DNA of 64,000 bases, taken from the NCBI GenBank assembly GCA_046483985.1, contig JAWOCD010000092.1:38455-102454 (forward strand), written 5' to 3'. The position numbers and the translations under genes are program-made. Origin of the DNA: Promethearchaeia archaeon. GTDB lineage: Archaea; Asgardarchaeota; Lokiarchaeia; Sigyniarchaeales; SOKP01. Under the pieces are notes generated by a model. That model was given only the letters and a program-made list of their open reading frames with translations, had not been told where the DNA came from and did not search any database. Below, piece after piece: positions 29,937-42,382 of the stretch; position 1 is the first letter of the stretch; every line of letters begins with the position of its first letter.

Positions 29937-31229
29937 ATGGGTTCCCGAAAATCAGTCTGGTATGAGTTGGATATGGCCAAGGATATGATGTCCCTCATGG
30001 GTGGGAAGGCTCTAAGAGGGATTATGAACAATTTTATCTCGGGTCGTATTTATTCTGGGACCGCTTCATTATTCATGGTAAAAAATTTACTAAAAGCTAC
30101 AATAAATAAAGAACAGAGAAGAGCATTAATTATTACCGACGAGTTCACCAAAAAATTCTCTCAGAAAGTAACGAAACATCTTAAATTGATTGATTTTGAA
30201 TACCAAATTTGGTCAGGAGTGAAACCAGAAGTTCCACTTCCAACCATAAAGGAAGGAGTTAAAGTATGTAAACGATTCAAACCGACGGTAATCATCGCAA
30301 TTGGGGGTGGCAGTGTATTAGATACTTCTAAGATCGTATTAATTAAGTACGAAAAACCCAAGATGAATCTTCATATGCTCTTCCCATTTGTATCTGAAAT
30401 AGGATTACGAAAAAAAACTAAATATCTGATAGCCATCCCCACGACGTCAGGGACTGGTTCTGAGGTGACTCAAGCCGCGGTAGCCACCGATATATCGAGA
30501 GAACCTCCAAAAAAGCTGGAAGTGGTGAATAGTGAGATTGTCCCCGATATGGTGGTATTGGATACTTATTTTGTAAAAGATTTACCTCCATTCTTGACAA
30601 TGGCAACGGGAATTGATGCTTTATCCCATGCCATCGGGTCCTATGTTTCAAACTGGGATAATCCAATTATAGACGCTCTAAATATAAAGACGATTAAATT
30701 GATTTTGAAATTCCTTCCGAGAGCGTATAAATATGGAGCAAATGATCTGGAAGCTAGACGGAAAATGCAATGGGCAGCAACAATGTCGGGGTTAGCATTT
30801 AGCAATACGGTTGCTGGGATAGATCATGCACTCGGGCACTCCTTCGGGAAACTCTTTGGGGTACATCACGGACTGGCAGTCGGATTATTTACTCCTTATG
30901 CAGTGGAATATCAAGGAAAAATTACGGATACATGGAAAGATCTATGTCCCCTTTTTGGCATAGATCCTCAAGGCAAGCGGAGAGAGCAACTCTTAACTGA
31001 CTTAACCAATAATATGAAGGAATTTATTCGGTCAATTAATGGTGCGACAGCCATTAATGAAATTGAGAGGGCACAGATAAAAAAGGATGAGTATATGGCA
31101 AAGCTAGATCTCCTAGCTGAATATGCCGATAACGATGTCGCATCCCTTTCATCCTACAGATCCATTGATGTAAAAGGATATAGAAAGATTTTTGAGTATG
31201 CATGGGATGGAAAAAATATCGATTTTTAA
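29937..31229 (+). CDS. Iron-containing alcohol dehydrogenase
   Basis: GGGSVLD, PTTSGTGSE, DALSH, HALGH..HHG. Confidence 0.92.
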   Translation: MGSRKSVWYELDMAKDMMSLMGGKALRGIMNNFISGRIYSGTASLFMVKNLLKATINKEQRRALIITDEFTKKFSQKVTKHLKLIDFEYQIWSGVKPEVPLPTIKEGVKVCKRFKPTVIIAIGGGSVLDTSKIVLIKYEKPKMNLHMLFPFVSEIGLRKKTKYLIAIPTTSGTGSEVTQAAVATDISREPPKKLEVVNSEIVPDMVVLDTYFVKDLPPFLTMATGIDALSHAIGSYVSNWDNPIIDALNIKTIKLILKFLPRAYKYGANDLEARRKMQWAATMSGLAFSNTVAGIDHALGHSFGKLFGVHHGLAVGLFTPYAVEYQGKITDTWKDLCPLFGIDPQGKRREQLLTDLTNNMKEFIRSINGATAINEIERAQIKKDEYMAKLDLLAEYADNDVASLSSYRSIDVKGYRKIFEYAWDGKNIDF

Positions 31230-31248
31230 ATGTGAGGGAACAGTTAAA

Positions 31249-33141
31249 ATGAATTCACTTATAGGATATAATGGAAAGATTGCCTACGTAAATTTAACCA
31301 CAAAGGAATATACGGTCAATAAATTAGAGGAGGAAATTGCAAGGCATTATTTAGGGGGAACTGGGTTAAGTGCGAAACTGCTTTATGATTTATTGAATGA
31401 GGAGGATTATGCACGTTTGCAAGAGAACCCCTTTGATGGATGTAATCCGCTTATATTCGCAACTGGCCCTATTACGGGGACTCTCAGACCCTCATCGGGC
31501 AGGTATTCCGTATCGGGGATATCCCCCTTAACAGGTATATGGGGCGAAGGAACATCGGGAGGATATTTTTGTCTCTCTCTGCGAAACAGCGGATATGATG
31601 CCATAATAATTACCGGAAAGGCAAAAAACCCCATATATATTTATATTAAAAAAGGTGAGATTAAATTTCGAGATGCGAGCCCTTTATGGGGAAAGAATAC
31701 GTATAAAACTCAAGAAAGTATTAAACAACTAGTAAATGATCAGAGAGTCCGAATCGCAACAATTGGAACGGCAAGTGAGAATCTCGTACGATATGGTTGT
31801 ATTTTAAATGATCAAGGACGTGTTATCGGAAGATGTGGAATGGGAACATTAATGGGTTCTAAAAGGCTGAAGGCCTTAGCTATTCGAGGGGATGGAAGAG
31901 TCAGTCTTGAAGACCCTAAAAAGATGAGCATGTTAAGAACGCAAGCTAAAAAAAGCGTGCAAGGGGACTTTCTGAAATCGAATCTACCAAACATCTTCAG
32001 ATTATACGGTACCAACTCCTATATGGATATTGGAATGATGCAAGGAGATGTACCGGTAAATTATTTTACTGGTAATGAATTCATCGCGGAAAAATTAACT
32101 GAAAAACAGATTATGGAAGAATATCCAGTAAAAAGTTATGGTTGTGCGGGGTGCACTCTCCAATGTGGAAAATCAACAATAGTAGGAAAGAAAAAAGGAA
32201 GAAAAGATGAGAAAATGGAGGTCGACGGACCAGAGTATGAATCATTTGCTGCACTTGGACCCTTATGTGGCCTTTTTGAACCCGAGAGAATCATTAGAGC
32301 GGCCCATAAATGCAATATTTATGGGATAGATACAATTTCAGCGGGGGTAAGCATTGCCTTCTTAATTTATCTGGTTGAAAATAACATAAATCTTGAGAAT
32401 ATAAAAGCAAATTTAGATACTTTAACAATAAAGCAAATTTCTTGGGGGAATAGTGAATTAATATTAGAACTTATTGATAAGCTCGCAAACAGAGAAGGAA
32501 TAGGAGCCTTATTGGCGAACGGAGTAAAACGGATGGCAGAGAAATTAGAGGTTGATCCCGATTTAGCAGCCCATGTCAAGGGCTTAGAAATTCCCATGCA
32601 CGATCCACGGGCATTTGCTAGCCAAGCCTTGAGTTATATCACTTGTTGTGTAGGCGCAAACCATGAAAAATGTGATTGGTTCGGTGTAGAAATTGGTAAT
32701 TTCGCATATCCCTCCATAAAAGTAAGAAAAAGTCTAGATCGGTATTCTGCACGGCGAAGAGAAAAGGGAGTCATTAATCTGCAAGATTTAAGAGCAATAG
32801 ATGATTCTGCAGTTAATTGTAATTTCATTAATCCTTCATTAGACCATATTATTGGCTATATTAATGCTGCTACTGGATTTGGATACGATAAGGACGAATT
32901 ATTACAGGTTGGTGAACGCATTAATAATCTAAAGCGACTGATTAATTGTAATCTCGGCATTACCCGAAACGATGACAAACTCCCCACTCATGTTCTTAAG
33001 CCATTAAAAAGCGGAAAGACGAAAGGAGTGAAATTAGATTTAGAAAAAAGTCTAAAACGGTATTATAAATATCGGGGATGGGATTGGGATACTGGATGCC
33101 CTACAAAAGCGAAGCTTGACGAACTCAATATAAATACGTAG
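31249..33141 (+). CDS. Tungsten aldehyde:ferredoxin oxidoreductase family protein (second copy)
   Basis: YLGG.GL, SPLTG, GRCGMG..MGSKRLKA, C..C...C, GPEYE, HDPR. The start is placed at ATG 31249 after SD GAGGGA. Confidence 0.92.
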   Translation: MNSLIGYNGKIAYVNLTTKEYTVNKLEEEIARHYLGGTGLSAKLLYDLLNEEDYARLQENPFDGCNPLIFATGPITGTLRPSSGRYSVSGISPLTGIWGEGTSGGYFCLSLRNSGYDAIIITGKAKNPIYIYIKKGEIKFRDASPLWGKNTYKTQESIKQLVNDQRVRIATIGTASENLVRYGCILNDQGRVIGRCGMGTLMGSKRLKALAIRGDGRVSLEDPKKMSMLRTQAKKSVQGDFLKSNLPNIFRLYGTNSYMDIGMMQGDVPVNYFTGNEFIAEKLTEKQIMEEYPVKSYGCAGCTLQCGKSTIVGKKKGRKDEKMEVDGPEYESFAALGPLCGLFEPERIIRAAHKCNIYGIDTISAGVSIAFLIYLVENNINLENIKANLDTLTIKQISWGNSELILELIDKLANREGIGALLANGVKRMAEKLEVDPDLAAHVKGLEIPMHDPRAFASQALSYITCCVGANHEKCDWFGVEIGNFAYPSIKVRKSLDRYSARRREKGVINLQDLRAIDDSAVNCNFINPSLDHIIGYINAATGFGYDKDELLQVGERINNLKRLINCNLGITRNDDKLPTHVLKPLKSGKTKGVKLDLEKSLKRYYKYRGWDWDTGCPTKAKLDELNINT

Positions 33142-33292
33142 ATGGGGTCAAATAAGAACAAAAAATAAGGAAAATTACTTTTCATATCACTTTCCCTGCC
33201 ATTTGTGTTGATTTGACAAAATCAGCCAATTCATGACTTGGTGGTTAGGCTGCCTTTTCCATCATATTTCCAGAGATTATCAGTCCTTTTTA

Positions 33293-34453
33293 TTATGGGA
33301 TGCCCATAGATACATGGGTAGGGATGTAGAACGGCTTTTTAGAGGAAGGGATGGATAAAGACGGTTTTAACACCTTAAGCATTAAAGCTCCTCCTTTTAT
33401 TTTGAGGAAACAAGATCCTCGAAAGGCTCTATGTAGATCTTTTCGTTTAGAATGGGAAAGACAAAATAAGACATTTATATTTCTCTTGCGTGCTGCCTGA
33501 ATTAGTTCAGTAAGCATGACAATATAGGCAAAGTACACAGTTCGCCGATTGTTAAATTCGGAGTTATCTAGAAAAAGGTCATGGATCGAACCAATTTTTA
33601 GTGAAAAGTAATATTTCCAAGATCGGATAATCTGGGCCGATAACACTCCGGCACCGACTGTACGAGAATCTTGCTTTAAAAATACATAAGTAGGTTCATA
33701 CAGGCTTAAGGGGACATTTTCTCTCTGCCATCGCAACGTCTGAGAATCAAATGACGGAGCTCCGGTATAAATCTGGGGGATAATGTGTCGAACGGCAGCA
33801 TAATATTTTTCGTGGTTGTTGTTATGGTGGATTTCTACTTGTAGGTCATTTTTCGCCAAAAAATTATTTTTGTTTATTCTGAACTTATTGATATATGCGG
33901 GGATATATGTATTGACAAAAAATAGCGGAATAAGCGGTAATAAGGCGGGAAAACCTTCAAGAAATCCAGCGGGATACGGAAAATTAGCAAATACTCTCAT
34001 TCGATCGATATCCTTATATCCTAATTTGAGATACATCCTTTTCCTCGCAAACCCGTGATAATCCGCTGTCAAAAGAGAGTAGTCGCATTCTTTGGATTTC
34101 ATATATTCAATGGCTTTTTTCATTAAAAATTGTGCAATCCCTCGTCGGGTATAGTTAGGATGGCACGATACATCGTTAATTTGTCCGATTTTATATTTTT
34201 GACCCTCTATCAGAACATCTTCGATCATGTTTGCATAGACTGCCCCCACGATTTTCTGATTATGGATATCTTCCGCAATGTGGCACATTTTGGGTTCAAA
34301 GCCAGGAGATTCCAAGTATCTCCATCTCCAAGATCGGGTGGTTCTCAGAAAACTTGCTCCATTCTGTTGAAAAGCTATGTTAAATAAATGAGCTAATTGT
34401 TGGGCATCGCCTTCTTGATAATTTCGGTATTTTATCCCATCGGTGATTACCAT
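33293..34453 (-). CDS. GNAT family N-acetyltransferase (tandem GNAT)
   Basis: VSCHPNYTRRGIA motif A and YLKLGY. Confidence 0.82.
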   Translation of the reverse strand: MVITDGIKYRNYQEGDAQQLAHLFNIAFQQNGASFLRTTRSWRWRYLESPGFEPKMCHIAEDIHNQKIVGAVYANMIEDVLIEGQKYKIGQINDVSCHPNYTRRGIAQFLMKKAIEYMKSKECDYSLLTADYHGFARKRMYLKLGYKDIDRMRVFANFPYPAGFLEGFPALLPLIPLFFVNTYIPAYINKFRINKNNFLAKNDLQVEIHHNNNHEKYYAAVRHIIPQIYTGAPSFDSQTLRWQRENVPLSLYEPTYVFLKQDSRTVGAGVLSAQIIRSWKYYFSLKIGSIHDLFLDNSEFNNRRTVYFAYIVMLTELIQAARKRNINVLFCLSHSKRKDLHRAFRGSCFLKIKGGALMLKVLKPSLSIPSSKKPFYIPTHVSMGIP

Positions 34454-34554
34454 AATATATTTGATATAAGCATTGACAAATTAAAAAGATGAATAAAGAA
34501 TTTCGAACTAAGGAGATAAATAAATATAAAAAATTAAGGAAATTAAATCTGAAG

Positions 34555-34908
34555 CTACGCGAAGTTTTTAATTTTATTGGCCGCTGCTTTAAGTTTTAGG
34601 TCAATTATGCCGAGTTTAGCGTCCGTGGTAGTAATTATCGTAATTATATTGCCTCCAACTTCAGAGAACAAGATTTTCCCATTTGCAGATTCAATAATTG
34701 CATTATTAAATTGACCTTGTTCCAATTCTTTCGTAGCTCGCTGACTAGCCTTCAGAATTAAGGTTACCATAGCCGCCACAGCCTCTTCATCGACCCATCC
34801 CGGTAAAGCACTCCCTTTTATAAGGCCAAATTTCTCGATAATCGCTGCACCGTGGACGCCTTTAATGGCCTTCAAATTTTCCAAAATTTCAGTTATCTGT
34901 TCACTCAT
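34555..34908 (-). CDS. Roadblock/LC7 domain protein
   Basis: GV.GAAII..FGL..S, AAM..I...S.R...EL.QG...IIES.NG.I, LG.I roadblock pattern. Confidence 0.88.
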   Translation of the reverse strand: MSEQITEILENLKAIKGVHGAAIIEKFGLIKGSALPGWVDEEAVAAMVTLILKASQRATKELEQGQFNNAIIESANGKILFSEVGGNIITIITTTDAKLGIIDLKLKAAANKIKNFA

Positions 34909-35040
34909 AACGTCTCATTTACAATTATATTTTTGAGATAATATATTCAATTCTAATTATTAATAAATAAATCTTAATTCTATTTAAGTCTAAATTAAGA
35001 ATCATAAAATAATAAAAGTTATGTAGAAAAATAGAAAATT

Positions 35041-36498
35041 TTACTCTTCGAGGTAGTCTAGCATCAAATCCTTCGTTTTCAAGGGATCTGCTTGACCGCG
35101 CGTCTTTTTCATAACTCGCCCGATTAATGCCTGAAGTGCTTTCGGATTTTTTCGATAATCCTTCACGATATCTTCATTTTCCTCGATAACTTCTTGGACA
35201 ATATGGGAGAGTTTATCTTCATCGGCGATCCGCTTTTTTCCAGTGTCTTCAATAATCTTATCAACGGTTTTGCCCTTCATTAAATCAGCAACAAATGTTT
35301 TGGCAATTTTTCCAGTAATTTTACCGCTATTGATATACTTAATAAGTTTTGCAAGCTCGTTCGGCTTCAGTTCTGTATTCTGTATCGATGTATCATGCTC
35401 ATTCAGCCAACGGGATATATCACTCATTAACCAGTTACAAAACTGTTTATATTCTTCTTTCCCAAAGGAGGGTTCCTTTTGCACGCCTTTCTCGTAAAAA
35501 TCTGCAATATGTTTATCAATAACTAATAATTCCGCATCGAATTCGGATAATGAATATTCCTCTTGAAGACGGTTCATCCGCTGATTAGGCAACTCAGGTA
35601 AATTTTTTTCTACGGTATCAATAAAATCATCATCAATCTCAATGGGTACCAAATCTTGCTCTGGAAAATAGCGATAATCTTTTTCAAATTCCTTAGTTCT
35701 CAAAGCGATGGTAATACGATTCACATCATCCCAATGGCGTGTTTCTTGCTTGATTTCTTTCCCACGTTTAATCAAATTTCGCTGTCTTTGTATTTCCCAT
35801 TTGAGGGCTCGTTCTACTTCCTTAAAACTGCTTATATTTTTTACTTCAGATCGTTTATACCCTTTGATTGATATATTTGCATCCACCCTGCACGAGCCTT
35901 CAAGATCTAAGTCTGCAATTTCAATGTATTGCACTATTGATTTAAGTTGGTTCAGAAATTCTCGAGCTTCTTCCGGGGATCTCATGACGGGTTTCGTTAC
36001 AATCTCGATTAAAGTTATCCCAGAGCGATTGTAATCAACTAAAGTATAAGGAGAAGTGGCAATGCTTCCTTTATGAATTAACCTGCCTGGATCTTCTTCC
36101 AAGTGGATACGATCTAGGGGTAAATCTCGTTTTTTTCCGTCAATTTTTATGGTAATTTTTCCCCCATCCGCAAAAGCTTTGCCCCCTGCTTTATTGTATT
36201 GGGTTATCTGAAAATTCTTGGGAAGATCTGGATAAAAATAATGTTTTCGGAAAAAATACATCCGTCTATTTATTTTTCCCTCTAAAGCTAATGCAAGCCG
36301 AGTTGCAAATTCCAAAGCTTTTTCATTGATTACGGGAAGTGCCCCCGGTAAACCGAGACAAATGGGACAGGTATGAGAGTTCGGTTCTGCATCCCGATAA
36401 TTACTACTACAACTACAAAATAATTTTGTATTTAAATTCGTTAATTGAATATGAATCTCCAAACCTATAACAACATCATTCTCTTGACTTTGGCTCAT
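35041..36498 (-). CDS. gatB: Asp/Glu-tRNA amidotransferase subunit B
   Basis: IGLEIH, GLPGALP, RKHYFYPD, HLEED, DYRYFPE. Confidence 0.95.
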   Translation of the reverse strand: MSQSQENDVVIGLEIHIQLTNLNTKLFCSCSSNYRDAEPNSHTCPICLGLPGALPVINEKALEFATRLALALEGKINRRMYFFRKHYFYPDLPKNFQITQYNKAGGKAFADGGKITIKIDGKKRDLPLDRIHLEEDPGRLIHKGSIATSPYTLVDYNRSGITLIEIVTKPVMRSPEEAREFLNQLKSIVQYIEIADLDLEGSCRVDANISIKGYKRSEVKNISSFKEVERALKWEIQRQRNLIKRGKEIKQETRHWDDVNRITIALRTKEFEKDYRYFPEQDLVPIEIDDDFIDTVEKNLPELPNQRMNRLQEEYSLSEFDAELLVIDKHIADFYEKGVQKEPSFGKEEYKQFCNWLMSDISRWLNEHDTSIQNTELKPNELAKLIKYINSGKITGKIAKTFVADLMKGKTVDKIIEDTGKKRIADEDKLSHIVQEVIEENEDIVKDYRKNPKALQALIGRVMKKTRGQADPLKTKDLMLDYLEE

Positions 36499-37979
36499 TA
36501 ATCAGCACCTCCGTGAATTTTTGGTAGTTGTCTGTAGATATTAAGTTTTTGTTCTAATTGATACCCGACATTTAAGATTTGTTTTTCGTCAAAATAATCC
36601 CCAATAATTTGAAATCCAATAGGAAGATCGTTCCCATCGAATCCACAAGGAATAGATAAAGCAGGTAATCCTGCAAGATTGACAGGACATGTTAAAATAT
36701 CCATTAAATACATCTCTAATGGATCATCAACTAATTCGCCAATTTTGAACGCGGTAGTCGGCATTGTGGGACATACAAGTGCATCGCACTGCTTGAAGGC
36801 ATTTTGAAAATCTTGTTTAATCAAAGTTCTTACTTTCAAGGCTTTCATATAAAACATATCAAAATAACCTGCAGATAACGCATATGTTCCTAAGATTATC
36901 CTTCTTCGCACCTCTGAGCCGAATCCTCTTCCCCGGGTTTTTCCATAGATCTCAAAAATATCTCCTCTTTCCACCTCTTCCATCTTTCCATAACGTAATC
37001 CATCATATCGTGCCAAATTCGAACTCGCTTCGCTCATTGCAATTAAATAATAGGTAGGTATTGCATATTCTAAGTGTGGTAAAGAAATTTCTACTGTAGA
37101 GGCACCTAGATTCTCCAAAATATCAATAGATTCCTCCACTTTATTCTTCACAGACTTATCTAATCCTTCACCAAAAAATTCTTGCGGAATTCCCAAGACT
37201 TTATCATCAAGAGGAGTATCTAAATGTTCACTGTAATTATCTACCTTCGTTTCAACTGTTGTTGAATCTAATTCATCATAGCCAGCCATCAGTTCAAGTA
37301 AAAGTGCAGAATCCTTTACACAGCGGGTAATTGGTCCGATTTGATCTAAGGAATTGGCATAAGCAATTAATCCATACCGCGAAACGCGACCATAGGTAGG
37401 TTTTAATCCTACTGTACCGCAATATGCGGCAGGACAGCGAATACTTCCTCCCGTGTCACTTCCTAAAGAAAAAATCGTCTGGCCCGAGGCGACACATGCA
37501 CCAGAGCCTCCGCTAGATCCTCCCGGAACACGTTCTAAATCCCACGGGTTATAGGTGGGGCCGTAACAACTATTTTCCGTGGAGGACCCCATTGCGAATT
37601 CATCCATATTGGTTCTTCCCACGCAAATCGCATCCCCATCTTCGACCAGTTTATTTATTACCGTTGCATTATAGGGTGGTTTATATTCCTCAAGAATTCG
37701 TGAACAACAAGTGGTGGGACTATTTTTTATGCAAATGAGGTCTTTTATGCCGATCGGGAGTCCATAAAGCGAGCCAACATCCTTTCCACTTTTCAGCCTT
37801 TTATCTAACCGTTTGGCCTTTTTTAAAGCCTTCACTTTTGATAAATGGACAAAAGAGTGGAGTTGATCTTCAGTTTGCTCTATTCGATCAAATGTTTGCA
37901 GAATAACATCTTCAATCGAAATCTCCCTAGCTTTAATTTTCTCAATTAATTCGTACCCCATGAAATCGGTTAAGTTCAT
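36498..37979 (-). CDS. gatA: Asp/Glu-tRNA amidotransferase subunit A
   Basis: Amidase signature GGSSGGS, SDTGGSIR, plus SNLARYDG and RRRIILGTY. ATG at 37979. Confidence 0.95.
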   Translation of the reverse strand: MNLTDFMGYELIEKIKAREISIEDVILQTFDRIEQTEDQLHSFVHLSKVKALKKAKRLDKRLKSGKDVGSLYGLPIGIKDLICIKNSPTTCCSRILEEYKPPYNATVINKLVEDGDAICVGRTNMDEFAMGSSTENSCYGPTYNPWDLERVPGGSSGGSGACVASGQTIFSLGSDTGGSIRCPAAYCGTVGLKPTYGRVSRYGLIAYANSLDQIGPITRCVKDSALLLELMAGYDELDSTTVETKVDNYSEHLDTPLDDKVLGIPQEFFGEGLDKSVKNKVEESIDILENLGASTVEISLPHLEYAIPTYYLIAMSEASSNLARYDGLRYGKMEEVERGDIFEIYGKTRGRGFGSEVRRRIILGTYALSAGYFDMFYMKALKVRTLIKQDFQNAFKQCDALVCPTMPTTAFKIGELVDDPLEMYLMDILTCPVNLAGLPALSIPCGFDGNDLPIGFQIIGDYFDEKQILNVGYQLEQKLNIYRQLPKIHGGAD

Positions 37980-38097
37980 AAAATTTACCACATAGTTTTG
38001 CTACTTGTATTGTCAATATAAAAATTTCAAATTATATCAATTATAGGTTTTATTTTCTAAAAAATTTGACTAATTAAGGACTCAAGACCGTCAAAAT

Positions 38098-38889
38098 TTA
38101 ATCCTTGCTCTTTCGTTTTTCGAGTAAATATTTTGAAAAGATATTCATGTATAAGCACTTTTCTGGGGGAAGTTCTGTTGTCATGTTCGGATTTTCTGTG
38201 AATTCCACTTGTGCGCCTCGTAATACGGCAATTGGGGTTTGCTGGTCACCCTCATTTAAAAGAAATTGGGCGGCACTGGTTAAATCATCGGCGACTGCCC
38301 GCATGGTAATTTCGAGAGGACGGCCAAACAGATCTGGGGTTCCTCGTAGGTCCTCAACGGGTTCAAACCCTGCGGTGGCGATTGCTACACCTATAGTTCC
38401 CTTTCTAAGCGGTTGTACCCGTGAATCTGAGATAATAACGCCTAAATCTTTCAAATGAAATTCATCTTTTAATTCTTTCCAATAGTCCCATACAAGTTGT
38501 TGGGGATTTTTCGGAAGTAAGACCACATTACCCGGTCCTCCCGCATTTGATTGGTCTATCCCGGCATTGGCAATCATTAATCCGTCCATTTTTGCCAAAA
38601 TCACATGGTTCATTCCACCAAGGATCGAGGATGCCTCATCAAGAATGATTTGGACATATCGTTCATCCATATCATATTTTTTTGCTAATTTTTGGGCTTT
38701 TGGAGAGATATCTTTAATATCGTTTAGATTCAATATGCGTCCTTGCTCAGTTGCCACTATTTTTTCGGAAATAACAATAATATCGCCATCCTTTATCTCT
38801 TGATCATTTTTTCTGATTTCTCGGACAATTATTTCGATTAACGGGTCGTCTTTCCGAATGATCGGTAGTTTTACTGAGAATACATGCAT
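38098..38889 (-). CDS. cofE: CofE-family gamma-glutamyl ligase
   Basis: ISEKIV, ANAGIDQSN, IISDS..PLR.G, DLFGR.L, AVADDL. Confidence 0.82.
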   Translation of the reverse strand: MHVFSVKLPIIRKDDPLIEIIVREIRKNDQEIKDGDIIVISEKIVATEQGRILNLNDIKDISPKAQKLAKKYDMDERYVQIILDEASSILGGMNHVILAKMDGLMIANAGIDQSNAGGPGNVVLLPKNPQQLVWDYWKELKDEFHLKDLGVIISDSRVQPLRKGTIGVAIATAGFEPVEDLRGTPDLFGRPLEITMRAVADDLTSAAQFLLNEGDQQTPIAVLRGAQVEFTENPNMTTELPPEKCLYMNIFSKYLLEKRKSKD

Positions 38890-38890
38890 T

Positions 38891-38968
38891 ATATTAGTAA
38901 ATATTAGTAAAGGTTTTAATATCTATATTAGTAAATATTAGTAAAGATTCTAGTAAAAATATTAGTAA
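38891..38968. repeat. ATATTAGTAA x5 (plus one partial) in the cofE/folP divergent promoter
   Basis: Copies start at 38891, 38901, 38925, 38935 and 38959; partial TAGTAA at 38951. Confidence 0.85.
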
Positions 38969-38993
38969 AATTAAACATTCTTCAATAGTACTC

Positions 38994-39857
38994 ATGCCAA
39001 TCTATTCCAAATTGTTCGATTTTTTAGAAATTGGCGATAAAGTTGACCATGTAATTATGGGGGTTTTGAATTTAAGCCCCGAATCCTTCTATAAAGGTTC
39101 AGTATATACAAACCTTAAAAGATTAGAGAAAACCGCCAAACATATGATTGAAAACGGGGCAAAAATACTGGATTTAGGTGCTCGCTCCACTGCACCTTGG
39201 TCTCAAAAGATTTCAGTCGAAGAAGAATTGAAACGAATAACCCCTGCATTATCTCATCTTTGTAGCCGTATTCCCGGAGAATGCGCGATTTCAATAGACA
39301 CCCAATATAAAAAAATTGCCCAAAAAGCCTATGAGATTACTCAAAAGTACAACAAACACATGATTGTGAACGATGTTAGCTGTTTAAAAACCGATCCCGG
39401 ACTTATTGATTTCGTGGTGGAATATGATATTCCTTTGATTATAATGGCTTCAGAAAAGGTGCCAGGAGATTTATGCAAAATGGAAGAAATTATCAATGTT
39501 TTTCAAAACACCATTCAAAATTTAAGGAAAAAAGGATACAATCTCGATAATCTTATTTTAGATCCCGGGATTGGACATTGGGTGGAAGAAAAGACCTATA
39601 AATATGATTTAGGTTTAATTAAAGATCTCAATAGATTGCAAACATTAGAAATACCCATATTAGTTGCTATATCTCGAAAATCATTCATAGGAGAAACACT
39701 TAATAAACCAGAACCTGAAAATAGGTTAAATGGCACCTTATCAGCGACAGCAATTGCAGTTTTCAACGGAGCTCATATTGTTCGGACCCACGACGTTACA
39801 AACCAATTACTTGAAATAACAAAGATGGCTAAAGAGATCAGAGAAAGAGGAAAATGA
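38994..39857 (+). CDS. folP: Dihydropteroate synthase
   Basis: MGVLNLSPESF, DLGARST.P, SIDT, NDV, DPGIG, SRKSF, RTHDV. Confidence 0.92.
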   Translation: MPIYSKLFDFLEIGDKVDHVIMGVLNLSPESFYKGSVYTNLKRLEKTAKHMIENGAKILDLGARSTAPWSQKISVEEELKRITPALSHLCSRIPGECAISIDTQYKKIAQKAYEITQKYNKHMIVNDVSCLKTDPGLIDFVVEYDIPLIIMASEKVPGDLCKMEEIINVFQNTIQNLRKKGYNLDNLILDPGIGHWVEEKTYKYDLGLIKDLNRLQTLEIPILVAISRKSFIGETLNKPEPENRLNGTLSATAIAVFNGAHIVRTHDVTNQLLEITKMAKEIRERGK

Positions 39858-40234
39858 ACTAACATTACTAAACTAAAAAATTTAGATCGAATGATTATCA
39901 AAAAATTAGATTTAATTGATGCTGGAACGAGTTCCATCTAAATATATTATAGTTTGGATATGTTTCCGTAGTTAAGTTAAGTTTGTTCTCAATTAATGAA
40001 AAATCGTCAAGTATTTTCCCAAAGCAAGATACAATTTGATCATTAGTAAAGTCAGAAATTATTTATCAAGAATAGGAGAATTTAAATCCTTTTTATAGAA
40101 TTGAAGAATACGTTTTTTTCGCATGTCCTTTTCCGCATTTTTTTTATTTCAGTTAACTTTATGGGGTTACTAACTGAACAAAGTTAATAAAAATTAATAA
40201 GTCAAAAATACCTTATATATATTGTAATTGTTAA

Positions 40235-42277
<2,043 letters not shown>

Positions 42278-42382
42278 AGCAGACCTTAACCTTTATACAT
42301 AATTTTCATTATAATTTTTTAAAATAATAGAATTAATATTGAAAAGGGAAGTATAAGAAATTTTTACATAAAAGGGATTTAA

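Noticed and set aside
33180-33290. GC-richer hairpin between convergent aor and GNAT genes as SECIS or ncRNA
   Set aside because: Only a short imperfect stem (cagcc/ggctg), and neither flanking gene has an internal UGA.
38891-38968. Possible mini-CRISPR or replication-origin iterons
   Set aside because: Units are only 10 bp, there are no unique ~35-bp spacers or ORB-like G-string, and no cas or cdc6 gene is nearby.
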